The notes beneath the pieces are model-generated. The model was not told the DNA's origin. It worked only from the letters and a program-made list of their open reading frames with translations, and did no database searches. A stretch of DNA of 64,000 bases, from contig CT868023.1 in the NCBI GenBank assembly GCA_000165425.1, positions 186,001 to 250,000 of the forward strand. Reading direction: 5' to 3'. This stretch comes from Paramecium tetraurelia. Taxonomy: Eukaryota. Position 1 is the first letter of the stretch; each line of letters opens with the position of its first letter. Below are positions 11,276 to 24,839 of this stretch, piece after piece. The position numbers and the translations under genes are program-made.

Positions 11276-13832
11276 TCATATACAATCTATATTTTCGCAA
11301 ATATTATACATCTTGAAGCATTGATTCAAAATTATCCTAATTTCTTTAACCTTAATATTGTCTTCAAGATCTAAATCGAATGCTCTAATACATATATTAA
11401 CTCAATTTACTTTAATTTAGAATTGCCTTATTCAATAGAAGATGAACTTACTTGAATAATGGGACCTACAATACACTTTTAATATAAAGTACCTCCGCCA
11501 TAAATTGAAACTAGCACTGTCCATAATTACTCACTTATGAGACTGTAATCCTTCTCAATCTATTTGTCTTGGAGCAGTTGATGATTGCCATCCAGAAGTG
11601 GTAAATTATTGATTTCCCCAGGAGGAGGATTGCCAAATATGAAATTCTTTTGCAGTTGAGATTTTGAATTGTAGAGGTACCTTTACCACATTAGTATCCA
11701 ATCCAGATTGATGATGAATTGTCTATCTGATTGGCAATTCTCATATTTTTAAATCAAGCTTCTCTCCAATTTTCTTCTCTTACTCATGTTCTGAGCTTGT
11801 TCAATACAAACGGTGCAAGTTTAGATAGTCTTTTATATTAAAGGGCCCCCGCCATATTTTTCAACTAAGAATTAGCATATGGCAGTTGGCAATTAGACAG
11901 ATTAGAGTTATAACTAGAAGTAAGAAGAGGAGTTGTTATTTTGCTACAAAATAATACTTTGATCACAGACAAAGCTAGTGTTCATTTGTTCTTGTGAACT
12001 AACGTTTTCATAGGATTGTCTAAAGTCCCAATAGTCAGGTTTCAATTGATTGTGAAAGCACAGCAAATGCGATGTGATGATCATTTGAGGATTGCTTAGA
12101 GTCAAAAATTGTTCAAACCAGAAATTGGGCAAAAAGCTTAATTCATCGTCTTTTAATACTATTTCTCCAGTTTAAATTAGTTCATACTAAGTTAAGACAT
12201 TGTGAATAGTTTTGTAATTAGTGGGTGAATCTACTTTTTGATAAAAGAGCATAAGAGCTTCACTCTCCTTTACGTATTTGAGAGTGACTGGGTTAATTTG
12301 ATCATCTCTGATTGAAATGAAGGTATTGTTAGGTTGTCTGACTATGGATTCGAAATGATCACCACCAACATTGCTATAATGAACAATCAATCCAAAAAGT
12401 TGATAGTTCAAATCTCCTTGCATCTTTCAATAGGATAGTATTAATACATTCAGTAAGTTGGAGAAGTTGGTTTGTTCCACTGGAAAAGACACATAAGTTT
12501 GATCTTTTTAATGTTTATTTTTGAATCTTTATATGTGGATAGCAAGGATATTAGAAAATTTGCTAAATTTATATGTTCTTCTACCATTTCGCGATCCACA
12601 TAGACATAGAAAATTAATTTCTTAAATGGGCTCATAAAACAAATCTAAACAATTTTGTAATGTAACGGCATCTTGTCTATCTTTTGTTAATTTATTGAAG
12701 AATTTAGAGATGACATTCTATTCGTTAATTTAGGGGATCTCTAGTGATATGGCTGAGTAGTTTTCATTCACCAGAGTAAGTCGATTGCAATTCAGACATT
12801 GCAACGTTGATTGCAGTTCTCCAGAGAAGACATTCTAGATGAACGAATAATCCCGAAATTTTGATGCTTAACTTCTATCCCCCCTATTGAATTAATACAA
12901 TTACAATAATAGCCAATCGTGTGGGATTGCTTCTTGATTCAAAAATGGGATGATGTTTTTCCAATAGGAAACACTGTTGGTATATCGAAATTCCTCATGC
13001 AAAAAATTGATCAAATATTTAAATGCCTCCTGATGTACTATTAATGGTGGATACTTACGTAAGCGTCTTTTTGGCCATAGCCCAACAATTTGCTTTCAGA
13101 TTGGGCAATGCTTTTGATGAGTTCTGTGGGATTGAGCAATTTCACTGATTTTGATTTGAGAGCGTCACTTATACAACAGATGTTTCTGAGTATTATTTTT
13201 TTTATGGATTTCACGTTGAAGTCACCTTTCTCCATTTCGGCATGCACTTTGGAGAGAATTTATTAAATAGTAGGAAAATTGAGTAAAATTTATAAAACAC
13301 TATTCATGAAGCTAAAATTAGCAATGTTTAAGATGCCGACATTGGGAGAATTAAATCTCTATATACTTAACTCCTGCTTTTAAAAGTATCTGAGATATTC
13401 AATCCTAATTCTTTATGGATTAATCCATTAACTAAAAACATCTTCATTTCCTGTTAATCCGTATTGTTCGAAGTCCAAGATCTCCAACTTACAAATTATA
13501 CACGTCATTTAAGTGGAAAGCAGATTAATGAAAATGCAATGATCGCTTTTCTCTAGGTGTTATTATGAGTAACTTCATACATTGGTTGTGATGATGGAGA
13601 CACTGCTTTTCCAAGTCGCAAATGACTGCCTAGCATCTTAAACAGATATTCCCGACTTCAATTTTATATTAGCATTATTCACATTTTAAATTGTTTTTTT
13701 AGTACAGCACCTGAATAATCCATGATAAACTACTTATAACTTCTATATTTCTTAAAAGAATTTAGGCAAGGATCTCTAAAGCAGCACCTTGTGATAATGA
13801 GTACAAATATTTTTCTCTTTAATTGATGACAT
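11276..13832 (-). CDS. USP20/USP33-like ubiquitin-specific protease (zf-UBP + USP + DUSP), catalytic Cys replaced by Ser
   Basis: N-terminal CTH..CEQC..CLRC..H..H..CIIC zf-UBP. Cys box GILNIANFSFMNSVLQ, GYGQKDA, FSGELQSTLQCLNC, His box YQLFGLIVHYSNVGGDHF..RDD, and DUSP motifs (YGGGP, PPPGEINN). Several tiny introns. Confidence 0.88.
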
Positions 13833-13898
13833 CAATATTGCTTGATTTAAATTAATATTTCAATAGCAAACATACATATATATATAATAATTAATCTT

Positions 13899-15370
13899 TC
13901 AAATTGGTTCAAATACTTATCCATATTCATTCACCATACTAATATAGATGTCCTTCTTTATCGTATCCTTTCTATTCTTCAACCCCTTCTTCGCAGTCAT
14001 CTTCAATATCTTTTACTCGATTATCCCAACCTCAGAAATACAATACAAATTGACTAGTAAAGATATCAAATCATCTAAGAAAATGTACCCTTGTTGATTC
14101 GAATCTTGGAGCAAGTACGCAATCTCAAGTTTATCATGTTTCCTGCAGTTGGTTTAACCCAGCAAAGTAAGAAGAGTGTTTTTCAAATTGACAATCTAGT
14201 CCACGATGACATTATCCGAACTCTTAACATATTCTTCCCTCACTGGATTTTCATTCATTGAATTAAATAGCAATTTCGATTGGTGATCTTTAATATTGTT
14301 GTATTGTTACTATCTAAAATGTCCAGATAATGAATGAAATCCTCATAAGTGCATGATTCCATGATGTCTAGCTTATTAATTTTCTCAAAAACATCCAAGA
14401 TATAGGCTTGATCGATCTTCTTCTCTCTTACGAACCTCATCGCATTATTTTTCCTCTACAGCATTATTTCCCTTTGACTCAACGAAGACTTCTGTTTCGT
14501 CTATTGAGTTATTTAACCCTCTTCAGATCGAATTACCTTGAGATTCTACCCTATGACTTGTCTCTATTTCTTCTGAGATGCTATGTTGTTGATTGACTAG
14601 AACATAAGTTTGGACTATTCGTCTTAACCAAATCGTGGACTGGTCAATTCATTCTTCCTTATTTGTTCAACCATGTCAGGAGTGATTTTACCTTTTCTGG
14701 CAACCTCCTACACCTCCTTCTCCATCATAGTCTAATTGATTTAAGTACGCTTTTCCACTAATTCCTTTGTTGGTGGATGAGCCTATCCTAAAGTGGGCAA
14801 TGACCAGCCACCAGCTAGATTTTTAAAATCTTCAAATTTTACTTCTCCACTCCCATCCTTGTCACACATTCTTATCATTTCTTCTATCTCCTCAGATGTT
14901 GCCTTCTCACCAATAAAATCCAAGAAGAATGATAAATCCTCAGAAGTTATCCCTCCGTCCTTATTCATGTCCAAGAAATTGAATGCCTCCTTAATTTCAT
15001 CCTCTGTGAACATCCCTCTTACGTAATCATATTACTAATTTGATTCCTCAATCATATATTTCGTATAGCCTGGGGTGATCTTTGATTGATCACTGGGTCC
15101 CGTCTTCATCTTTTGCGATTATTGATCTTCTTGATATCGAAATTGGGAACTCATAGGGATTGATTGATAACTGCTCGCATTCACCATAACCTTGGGTATT
15201 TGATTGATTTGGGGAGCTTGCAATTACTTCAGATCCACTGAGTTTTATGGACTCCCACCCCCAGCCTCATTGAAATCGTTAGACACATATGAACTTTTTA
15301 GTTTCTATTCGGTGTCATTCGATTCCTGTCTTTAAAAAATGTCTGGCTCTTCATTTTGTTATATAATCAT
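13899..15370 (-). CDS. EF-hand calcium-binding protein
   Basis: Calmodulin-like pair DMNKDGGITSED / DKDGSGEVKFED, plus degenerate C-terminal EF hands (DSNQQGYIFLDD). ATG at 15370, TGA at 13899. Confidence 0.85.
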
Positions 15371-15393
15371 ATTAATTATATTAATAAGCAACA

Positions 15394-16893
15394 TCAAGTT
15401 TCAATTTTTAATTGGATAGCCTATTTGGAAATTCTCTGCCTGGGAAACTTGGGAATTAATTTGGGAAAGGTGCCTTGACTCTGAAATGACCTAGGCAATT
15501 TACTCAATGTATTCGATAAGATATTTGGAGGTATCTGAGGCAATTCAAAGGTTGGGATTGTTTTTGCTGGTTTCACTTCCACTTCAGTCTTCTTTCTCTT
15601 GAGGAATAAGGGGTGATCTCTTTGATCCCTATTACCTTCAGTTTAAGGAATGAGCAATTCCTCGAATTATTGTTCACTTAATATAGAGATGGAACCATTC
15701 AACTTTTATATAATTGAGGACGAGATTGAATGATTCATGGTGGTCAGATTTTTAGGTGCCCTCTAACTTACGAGACTGTCATTTATATTTTATAGATCAT
15801 CATTTTGCTACTAAAATCTAGTTGTAAATTAGTGTGATTATTATTATTAAGAATTTGAAAGACTCATTTTTTTATTGTGATAGTTATTATTATTTTAAGA
15901 AGTGCTGGTAATTTATTCATATTCTATTTTAGACATTTGTACATTTTGTCTTTGCAATGTTTACTGGAGTTAGAGGGGGTCTTTGATATCCATCAAGGGA
16001 AAGGTTCTGTTTTTCTTCTTCTCTTGTTTACCATCATAGAATGTAACACCTTCCTTCATGATCATCAATTCGATTTAGGAGACTGAGGTTTTAATGGCAA
16101 ATTAATTGTTTTATCCAATATTTTGACTATTCTTACTAGTCAATTGTATGAGTTCTGATTGCACCTTGTGATTCGGGATAAGATCTCTCACCTCCACTAA
16201 ACTTCGTTTTTCACTGATATTTTAGAATGATTTTGGATATCTCTCAAAATCTGGAGGTTTCTAGACAACAACCTTGCCCTCATAATCAAAAGTGTATTTG
16301 GATTTGGAATCCACATTTAATCTTTTCAATTGCTTCACTTGTTCTTGGACTTCGAGTACTTTAATTTTGTCATTCTATTCTTTTTATTATTGAATTGTAA
16401 TTTATCTCAGTTTAGCCTACCTTATACTTTCAATGTTTGGGTCGAATTCTTATTCATCTTCAGAGTCACCCATTTTGATAAGCTAGGAATCAAAGCATTC
16501 GCTTGGTCTGGAAGTCCGAATGGTCATCAATTTGGACATTATTTTAGTATCCTTTCTCTGAATCACAGGAGAGTGGGAGTTTTCTTTAGACACACCCTAA
16601 GTGACTTGACCTTGACACCTCCTCCAATGTTCTATGTTGACAGCAATTGGCTCAGGGTCTTCAATAACATTTTCTTCAACATTGTCACTTCTCAAATTGT
16701 ACTCCTCCATCAATACAATAACCTACTCTCTGAACCAATTGTATCCCAATTGAGGCAGAATGGAGTTCATATGCTTGTTGACAATTATTGCAGAACTTTG
16801 TTGCACTATCAATTTGAGGATACTTTTGGTTATCCATTAGGATTCGACAAGGGAGATGCAAAGTTCTCCATAGATCGAGTCTTAGTCGCCCAT
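15394..16893 (-). CDS. hypothetical protein, possibly C2orf81/DUF4639-like
   Basis: MGDQDSIYGELCISLVE...EDPEPIAVNIEHWRR...KYTFDYEGKVVV...IQLKIET-TGA. The family suggestion rests only on the EPxxxxx(D/E)xW motif. Confidence 0.7.
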
Positions 16894-16943
16894 GAGCAGA
16901 ATATTATTATATTGATATTAATATAAAATAAATAAATTAAGCA

Positions 16944-19900
16944 TCAATTGTTATTTTTCTAGTATTTTTCTTCTAAGTATGCATACCTTCTAAGTTCCTT
17001 CTCCACCCAATAAGGACAGTCAGGAATTGAAACATCAAGAATATATTTAATAAGTAATAAGACATGTTCTATTGCAGCAAGGAAGAAAGCACTTACGAGG
17101 GCATCTTGATTCCCAATGATTCCCTTGAATTGCTCCTTATTCACAGTCCCAATCACTATGCAATTCATGAAAGTGGCACAATAATTCATGATTTCAAATA
17201 TCTACAACCAAATTCCAATTGAATCTGCAGCCTACGCTCGTTCTCTCTTCAGAATGTGTTGATAATTGTAAATTGACCATCTCAAATTGATGTAACAATT
17301 GATCATGAAAAACAAGGGAGCTGCAGGAAAAGTCGGAGCAAACATGGTCGTGTATCCGAATTGAATTGCAATACTTGTATACTCATCATATAGCACCTTC
17401 TATGGCTGTTTAATTCTACCAATCTCCAGTTCCTAAAGAAATGACAACTGTATTTCTGAATTCACTTGATCTGTACTGAATTTTTAATTGCAAATGTTGG
17501 GCACTTACTTCCTCTCTGCCAATTTCGTTGTGAATATTCTCTTGAATTCTGAAAACTTCTTAGAAAGAATCACCTTCTCCTACTTAAATAAGAAGTACGG
17601 CAAAAAGTTACTCTTCACATTGGATATCACTCCTCTCGTTATAATAATGCTAGCGACTGACACACTCAACTGAGAGGCATTATTCTCAAATATAGCCACG
17701 TAAACCACAGACACATAAGAGATCAGAAACTCAAAAAGGAACACCTTCAAAATGTAAGAGTATTCCTGTTCAGATTCATACATATGATTTTCCCACGTCA
17801 CCAATGATGTACACAGCCGTTTGTATAAATCACAAAACACTGTCATCGAAACTCCATTTAAAGAATTGATCACTATAGGCATAATTTTATCGTCTTTCCA
17901 TTCTTGTAACCACAGATTAAATGCATAAAAACTTACCACTATGATTGCTATCCCTATCAAAATGACAGGCCCTTCTGCAATCAACCGTCTCTTAAACGTA
18001 GTAAAGTAATCGTAAATCTAAATCTTGTTCGTCGCCTCATTTATGATATACTGACCTGTGTACATCACTCTTTAGGGTTGAGATTGTCTGAATTTGTGCA
18101 TGTCCCAACAAAATTTCAACTCAGACTCTCGATTCTTCCATTTCTCCATAAATAACGTAGACCAGAGTGTCATGAGTAAGGCGTAGAAAGGAACAATTGA
18201 AGAACTAATATACGTTTACTCGTTATTCATACTTGACTTCTTCTGTTATTATTATGTAAATTCCCAAAGCCGCTCCAAAGAGAGATGGTATCATGAGCCA
18301 ACCTATAATTTGTACATTTAAGGCTATGTACCATGCAACAACTGGGCCAAAATATGAGGCTATGGCATGCAAGGGTCTCAAAGCTATTTATTAAGTTTCG
18401 TATCGAATCGAATCGCGAATGCAGTTATTTTGCTGTTCATCCCAAAATTGGGTTATCTTTTCGCACTTCTGAATGTCTTCCAAAGGATAATGCGAGATTA
18501 TCAGTTTCTCTAATACGAATTTGTCAACATCAAATTCGTCATTGAGAGTGTTCAGTATCAGCATTTGCACCTGAAGATCCTTTGGAAATTCAAAGAAACC
18601 CCTCTTATCATAGTGAAATTAACATATATGCTACAATTAAAGATGTAACTTACTTTGGTTTTGAAATTGTAACATGATATCTGATAGAGGTGTGCCAATT
18701 GATAAACAGAATCAGGGGGCAATTTTAATACGTAATAATGAAAGAGTGATTTAACCTTGTTTGTCTTGGTGTTGTCATTGTACAGTTCCAGCTTATCAAG
18801 ATCTGGAGCGTGGAATATTAGAAATTCGAAGCTCCATCCTCTCTCTGCGAAAGTCTGTCTTATGTTTTGCAATTGCAGATACACGATGTCCTTATCTACA
18901 CTCAGAGTACCCTTGGTTTGAATCACATACTAATATCCCAACTCAGTTAAACTACTGATTGATTATTTGACTTGAATATTGTCTTTATAAAACTTCATAA
19001 AGTTTTGGTTGAAAGTCAATTCAAATGGTTTGAGACATCTACTATTGACTGTGTCAACTGATACCCCATGCAAGATCAAGGTCTTCATGCACCCATACTT
19101 TTCCTATTCGATAGCCAAATGTAATGCGTTTGATGGATTTTGATCTGTCAGTATGTTTATGCATTCTTTCTATAAAGTATAATCGCATATTAGATACCTT
19201 ATCAAAGATTTAATCTTTGAGTTATTTTTTGTTTTTGTGATTGCCTTCGCCAGAATAATCATAATATTCATAATCGTTTTCTAAGATGATTTTTAAGATC
19301 TTCAGTTTTCCCTTGAAGGCTGCAACATGAAGACAATTGAAGCCCTAATATACATTCAGGAAAGGGTTGCACTTCCTTTTTAAGAAGTAAATGAAAAATT
19401 CAGTGTTGCCCTGACTGGCAGACCAATACTGCAATCGACATTCATATATCTCATTTTTGGTTAGATTGGCTTTACTATGATAGATAGTAAACTTTTCCGA
19501 TTCTTTAAGGGTTTGCCTCTCCAGATCGTGGACATTGAATTTATTGCTTTTCTGATGTTACCTTGGATGGATGTGTTTTTAAGGAGAAGATTCCTGATTT
19601 AGTAATAAAGGAGGAGGTTAGGTTATAATGATATTACATTAATCAGCTTAGAATTAATTTTCCTGATTGGTTTCAGTGTTTTTTTGATTTAGATTGGAAA
19701 TCTTGATTTCTGGTATTTTCTCTTCTTCTGGTTCTTTCATCTCAATTCGAGAATCGTCGAAGAGAGGAATGTCAGCAATTTCATCGATATTCTTGGATTA
19801 TATCTTTTGACAGCAACTCCTTTGTTGGAACTTAATCAGTATTTATTGACTGGGAGTCTGTTTTTGATTTGTTTTGGGCATATTATTTTTGGAGAGGAAG

Positions 19901-20721
19901 GAGTTCGAGGTTTGACTTCGATGATAATTGGAAATATTGGAATATGGTATTCCATTTTTGGAAGGTTCAGATTCTGGTGTTGATTCGTCCTCCTTGATTT
20001 AAGTTTAAATGAAGGGTTGTTAGCTAGTTATGATGGTAGCTTATCTGTGCTTCTTCCTCTTGGGTTTTCTATTCAATGTTTGTTTGGTAGTTGCCTGAGC
20101 ATAATTGATTATTGTATTCTCAAATATTTCGCGAACTGCTTTTCTATTGGGTAATATCGAAATTTATACTTGTATTAATCTGGTCTATTCTCCAAAAACA
20201 AGTAATCGATGGGATAATTACCTTGTTGGTCAGTTTCTAATTGAAGCTAAAAATTTTTTGAGATCAGAAAATCTACTAATTCTTTGTTCCCATAATAAAA
20301 TGCCCAATGTAAAGGATTTGGCTTAGACGTATTAGATTGGGGAATTTGAGCACCGTGATCAAGCAATAATTGTATTGTCTTTTCTTGTTTCTCCGGATTG
20401 TATTCCCCAGAATACCTTTAGAATAAATTGTGATATTGAGTACCCTTTGATGCTTGCTAATTCTAGGGGAGTGTAGGAGTGCATATCTCCTTTGTTTAAG
20501 TCGATCATCTACTTGTATTACTTACACCACCACTTTAACAATTTATATTATCCCAAATAAGCAGCCCAATGCACCACATTTCTGTTTTAATCATCAACCA
20601 TAGAAAAAAATGCCTGCAGTTTCTATTGTGAAAACATTAACTATTCTTCGAAATGCTTTTTCAAAGTAGCCTTATTTCCATCCTTTACCCATTCTAATAA
20701 TTAAGTTTGAGTAATTTGCAT
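16944..20721 (-). CDS. ankyrin-repeat anoctamin/TMEM16 family protein
   Basis: Ankyrin motifs (NVVHWAAYLG, TPLELASIKG, NPLHWAFYYG, NCLHVAAFKG, NALHLAIE) run into the anoctamin core (YFGPVVAWY, FMEKWKNRE, WENHMYESEQEYSYILKVFLFEF, IQFGY..FAPTFPAAP, SIGIW, IPDCPYWV). Several tiny introns. Confidence 0.88.
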
Positions 20722-20963
20722 ATATTTTAAATAATGGAATAAATATTATATAAATAACTCTATTCATTCATCCTTTGTAACTGAACACATTCCAGATTCC
20801 ATCACTCAAAGTTGTTCAACACATGCGAGTTTACAGAATTTTGGAATTCCGATAATGATTTAATATATTAAGAATACGACACTTTTGCTAAAAGATTAAA
20901 ATAGGATCGTTTTAATACATATTAAAAATCCTTGATTTGTAAATATTATAATAAAAATAACAA

Positions 20964-21749
20964 ATGCTCACAAAGTTGGTTAGTTTGGGTAAGATCAACT
21001 CAATGTGCTTCAGATCAGTCTATCAATACAATGTCTTTGGTGCTCCTTTTGAAGGATTGGATCCAGCCAAACACATCTACATGAATAAAGGACTCTAAAA
21101 TCGTAATATTTTGAATTAAGCCTTCTAGAATACGACGATCTCTTCAGATTGGGAGATTACCCATATGTGAATGATTACCCTATAATGATCGATTCCCAAT
21201 AGTATGTCCCACAAATTGCTTAATTGGTGGAATCTCACGTCAAATAGTAATTCGTAAGACTTGTTATCTATTACAGCAAAATGCAACATTTACTGCTGGC
21301 GAGTACAATAATGGCGATGTCTGGGCTGCAACTTGGAATGAGCTTGGAGTCAACAATTTCAAAGTCTTGGTTCCAAATCTCTTATTGAGACTCTCTGAAA
21401 GTAATCCCAATTCATTGATGTCATTCTAGCCATCGTTGTCAAAGAATCAAAATGGACATGGACCAAAGAATAGAGATACAGATTGCATGTGACTCAAACC
21501 GTACTTGGACCATAAGATTATACTCAAATGCCTACTTACTATTTCATTAACGATTACAACACTGTTCTTTGGATGTTAGCAAGATAGTCCAATCAATGGA
21601 CATCCCCAGCAATCAGAGGAGTCCAAACTCCATTGGAGAAATAATTGCTCCAAGACTTATAACCAAAACCCAAGATTCAATCACTATTCAGAGACAGACC
21701 TGAAAATAATACATTCTTAAATAGGTTGTTAAAAGCAGTTCATCAATGA
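20964..21749 (+). CDS. putative mitochondrial protein of unknown function, 235 aa
   Basis: Introns of 26, 23 and 29 nt give a clean 236-codon frame. The N-terminus MLTKLVSLGKINSMCFRS is basic/hydroxylated and lacks acidic residues. C-ending codons are frequent, suggesting high expression. Confidence 0.75.
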
Positions 21750-21965
21750 ATATCAATAAAATACAGCATATTACATTATTATTTTTCATTATTTTTGTAC
21801 CACTCTTAATTAATATCTTCTCATTTTAAATTACTTTAAAAATAACAATGCATTATATTAAATACTCATTCCCATGACTTTAATCCATCTCATTAAACAA
21901 AAGATTTCTCTAAGATTTTTCATTTCTTATAATTCATTTTATATTAAATTATTATTCTTCTATTC

Positions 21966-23696
21966 ATGCTAGGAAATAAAAATAATTTAACATACGAAGG
22001 TAATTATCTTATTCAATAATAAAAGAGAGATATAATAGCGATTAAAAAATACAACAAAATATTGTTATCCTTTATTTGATATCCGTCTTTACTTATTCAC
22101 TAGCAATTGTATTGCTTTCCTATTCGCAATATATCAATTTTAATTCCAACCTCCCCTCAGACTTTGGATTACTAATTTACAATTGGGAACAATATCCTAT
22201 CAAGTCGATAAGGATTGCAGAAGAAACCGATCTAAACAAAGTTACTGCTACATTTGAAAATCAAAAAATTCAAACATATAGAATTGACAACGAAAATTTT
22301 GCATTGACTATTGAAAAGTTAGATACCTTCACCTTTGTTAACAACTATACACTTGATTCAGATTGTGAATAGGAATATCAATTATGCGGAGGTGTTGAAC
22401 TGAATTCCAAATATTGCATAAACATAAATTAAATTACCTCTGCTTTCGAATGCCCTTTTAATGATATCCTAATTCAATAGAACTTCACTAATGGCTATCT
22501 CAAAAACTAGAGTGTTAGTCTATAAAACTTTACGAATTATTTCTATGAAACAAAATTGCAATTGCGCTAAGGATCTGTAAATAAAACCATTATGGTGTTG
22601 TCCTCCGTTTAATCGAGGCAACCTATAACCAATTTCAGATTTGGATTTAATGGAAAAGTTTGCAAAGATTCAGCTGAATTTCAAGTATGCTCAGAAGACT
22701 TATTGAACTACAAGGAAATTTCAAAAATGAAGGCTTCAGAAGTACTCGATCTCAATGCAATCACCAATGCTAATAACATTACAATCAATGATACTATTGG
22801 ATTGTACGCTGAAAGATATATTGAATTTAATATGGACTGCAGATACACTCTCATTGAAAGAGTCTTGGAAAGCCCTGGTTACTATAAGGATTTGGGCTAC
22901 ATATTGTACATTCAAACACTTTTTACTTTGGTATATTGCATATTTATCGGAATAATCCTAAACTTATTACACTTTTTCATGCTCTCTGATTTCACCTTTA
23001 TTCTGGTTCTGCCCATAATGAACCAGCAGCAAAGCAAAATCATTAGAAGAATAGTATATGCTATTAGAATTATTTCCTTCTTATCTTATGGCACTATCAT
23101 TTGTCTGTTGTACTTCTATGAGGCTCAATTTCATGATACCATTAATAGAATTGTGAAAAGTCGTTGCTTAGAGGAGGATTTCTTATATATAATGAGTGAC
23201 ACATTAGATGAGATTGATAAATTTAGATCAAATTAGATTGCAATCTTTTGGATATTTATAGTCAGCTTGATTTTAGAAGTGTTCGCCTGTTTTGTCATAG
23301 TCTATAGAGGAGCTAATGTTAAGAAAAAGAACTTACTATAAAAATGTATATTCATTTATTATTCTATTATTAGAATATGAACATGAATTAGAGATTAAGC
23401 ATGATGATTAACAATATTTCTTTAAGACTGAGTAGAAATAACAATAGAATAGAGTTTTACCTAGACAATCCTTTACTCCAAATGATAAGTAAGCAATCAG
23501 ATAATCAATGATATCTGAGAATTCCTCATCAAGAAGGAACAAAAATAATAACATGTTAGCTGACATTAATGAATAGGATGAGTTTTAGAATCCAAGAGAG
23601 TCAATCAAACCTGTATTTTAACATAACTATTCTCCTCACAATACCATGCAGTCTCCAAACAACTATTAAGGATAAAAAATTTAGTTTAACTCATGA
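21966..23696 (+). CDS. multi-pass membrane protein with a Cys-containing extracellular loop
   Basis: N-terminal TM helix, NWEQYPIKSI, CEQEYQLCGG..CPFNDI, three C-terminal TM segments and a Q-rich tail. Introns near 22000 and 23346. TGA at 23694-23696. Confidence 0.8.
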
Positions 23697-24341
23697 AATT
23701 TAAATTTATCAGTCAATCTTAACTTTTATTTTAGTAATATATAATTGACACTTGAATTCAAAAGTAATTGGTCTAATCTCAAATATTTTCTCATCATTAT
23801 TCATCTAGAATGGTTTTATATTTGTGTTTATTAATTTTGATCTTCTTTATTTAATATGTTATATCCAGAAAGATTTGACAAAAGATTTAATCATAGTTGA
23901 TTGCTATTGTTAGAAAATGGGTAATGATAATTAAATTATTTATATGTAGATTGCAGAAACCTCAATATAATTAAAGTAATATAACACCTACACCTTAAAA
24001 GAAAATTGTATTTATTTTTTAATGTTTATGTTGTTACATACTATTTTACCAGTTCATGAAAAATAGCTAATTTGTGAAAAATCTTTTATTTAAAGTTCCA
24101 ATAATCTCAAGCTGAGGATATACTTAACGTAAGTACATTTAAAAAAGTTAACAAATCATTATTTAGTATTGATATGTAATTAATACATAAATAATATTAT
24201 CAAAATTAATAAATACTTCATAATAAGTCTTGAGAATCAGTAGAAATATTAAACATACATTTATTCTTTTAAGATTACAAATACATAATAATATATAAAA
24301 GCAAATATAATATAATTTAAGCTCATATCTTTCTTGATCAT

Positions 24342-24611
24342 TCAAATTTCAGTTTAAACCTCAGATTCATCAATATTCTGTGAAGAATTAGAGATAATAA
24401 TAGCTTTTCTTCGGATGTTTCTTCTAACATATATTACCTCAGTAATGATCTGATGTGAATGGTTTGGTGAATTAGGTGCTGCAGTTGCTATGCTTTTGCC
24501 ATCAGCGTTATCAAAGCTGTTTTCATTTTCAAAATTTAATTGGTACTGCAAGCGATTGATGCGAATTATTTAAGGACAAGCATTCGATGTTCTAACTGAA
24601 GAGTTTCCCAT
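24342..24611 (-). CDS. small MG-start protein, 89 aa
   Basis: MGNSSVRTSNACPQIIRINRLQYQLNFENENSFD...YVRRNIRRKAIIIS..TEI-TGA. Intronless. Confidence 0.7.
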
Positions 24612-24839
24612 TAATTAAATAATAATTTTTTAGAAATTTTTTCTGAATATAATGCAGAAATTTAAATACAAATTTTAAGTTTCAAATTTATACATTTAAT
24701 ATAAAATTAATGAATTTGAAAGAATTTATCGTATATAAATAAGTTAATTATGATTGAAATTAATATACAAGGAATCAAATAAATAAGTTTTATTTTACAC
24801 ATAAAATATAGAAAGATCAAGGCACCAAGTCAAGTTTTG

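Noticed and set aside
16330..16926. 198-aa plus-strand ORF in the track (also 7773-8003, 14793-15026, 18333-18545, 20105-20326)
   Set aside because: These are antisense shadows of well-supported minus-strand genes.
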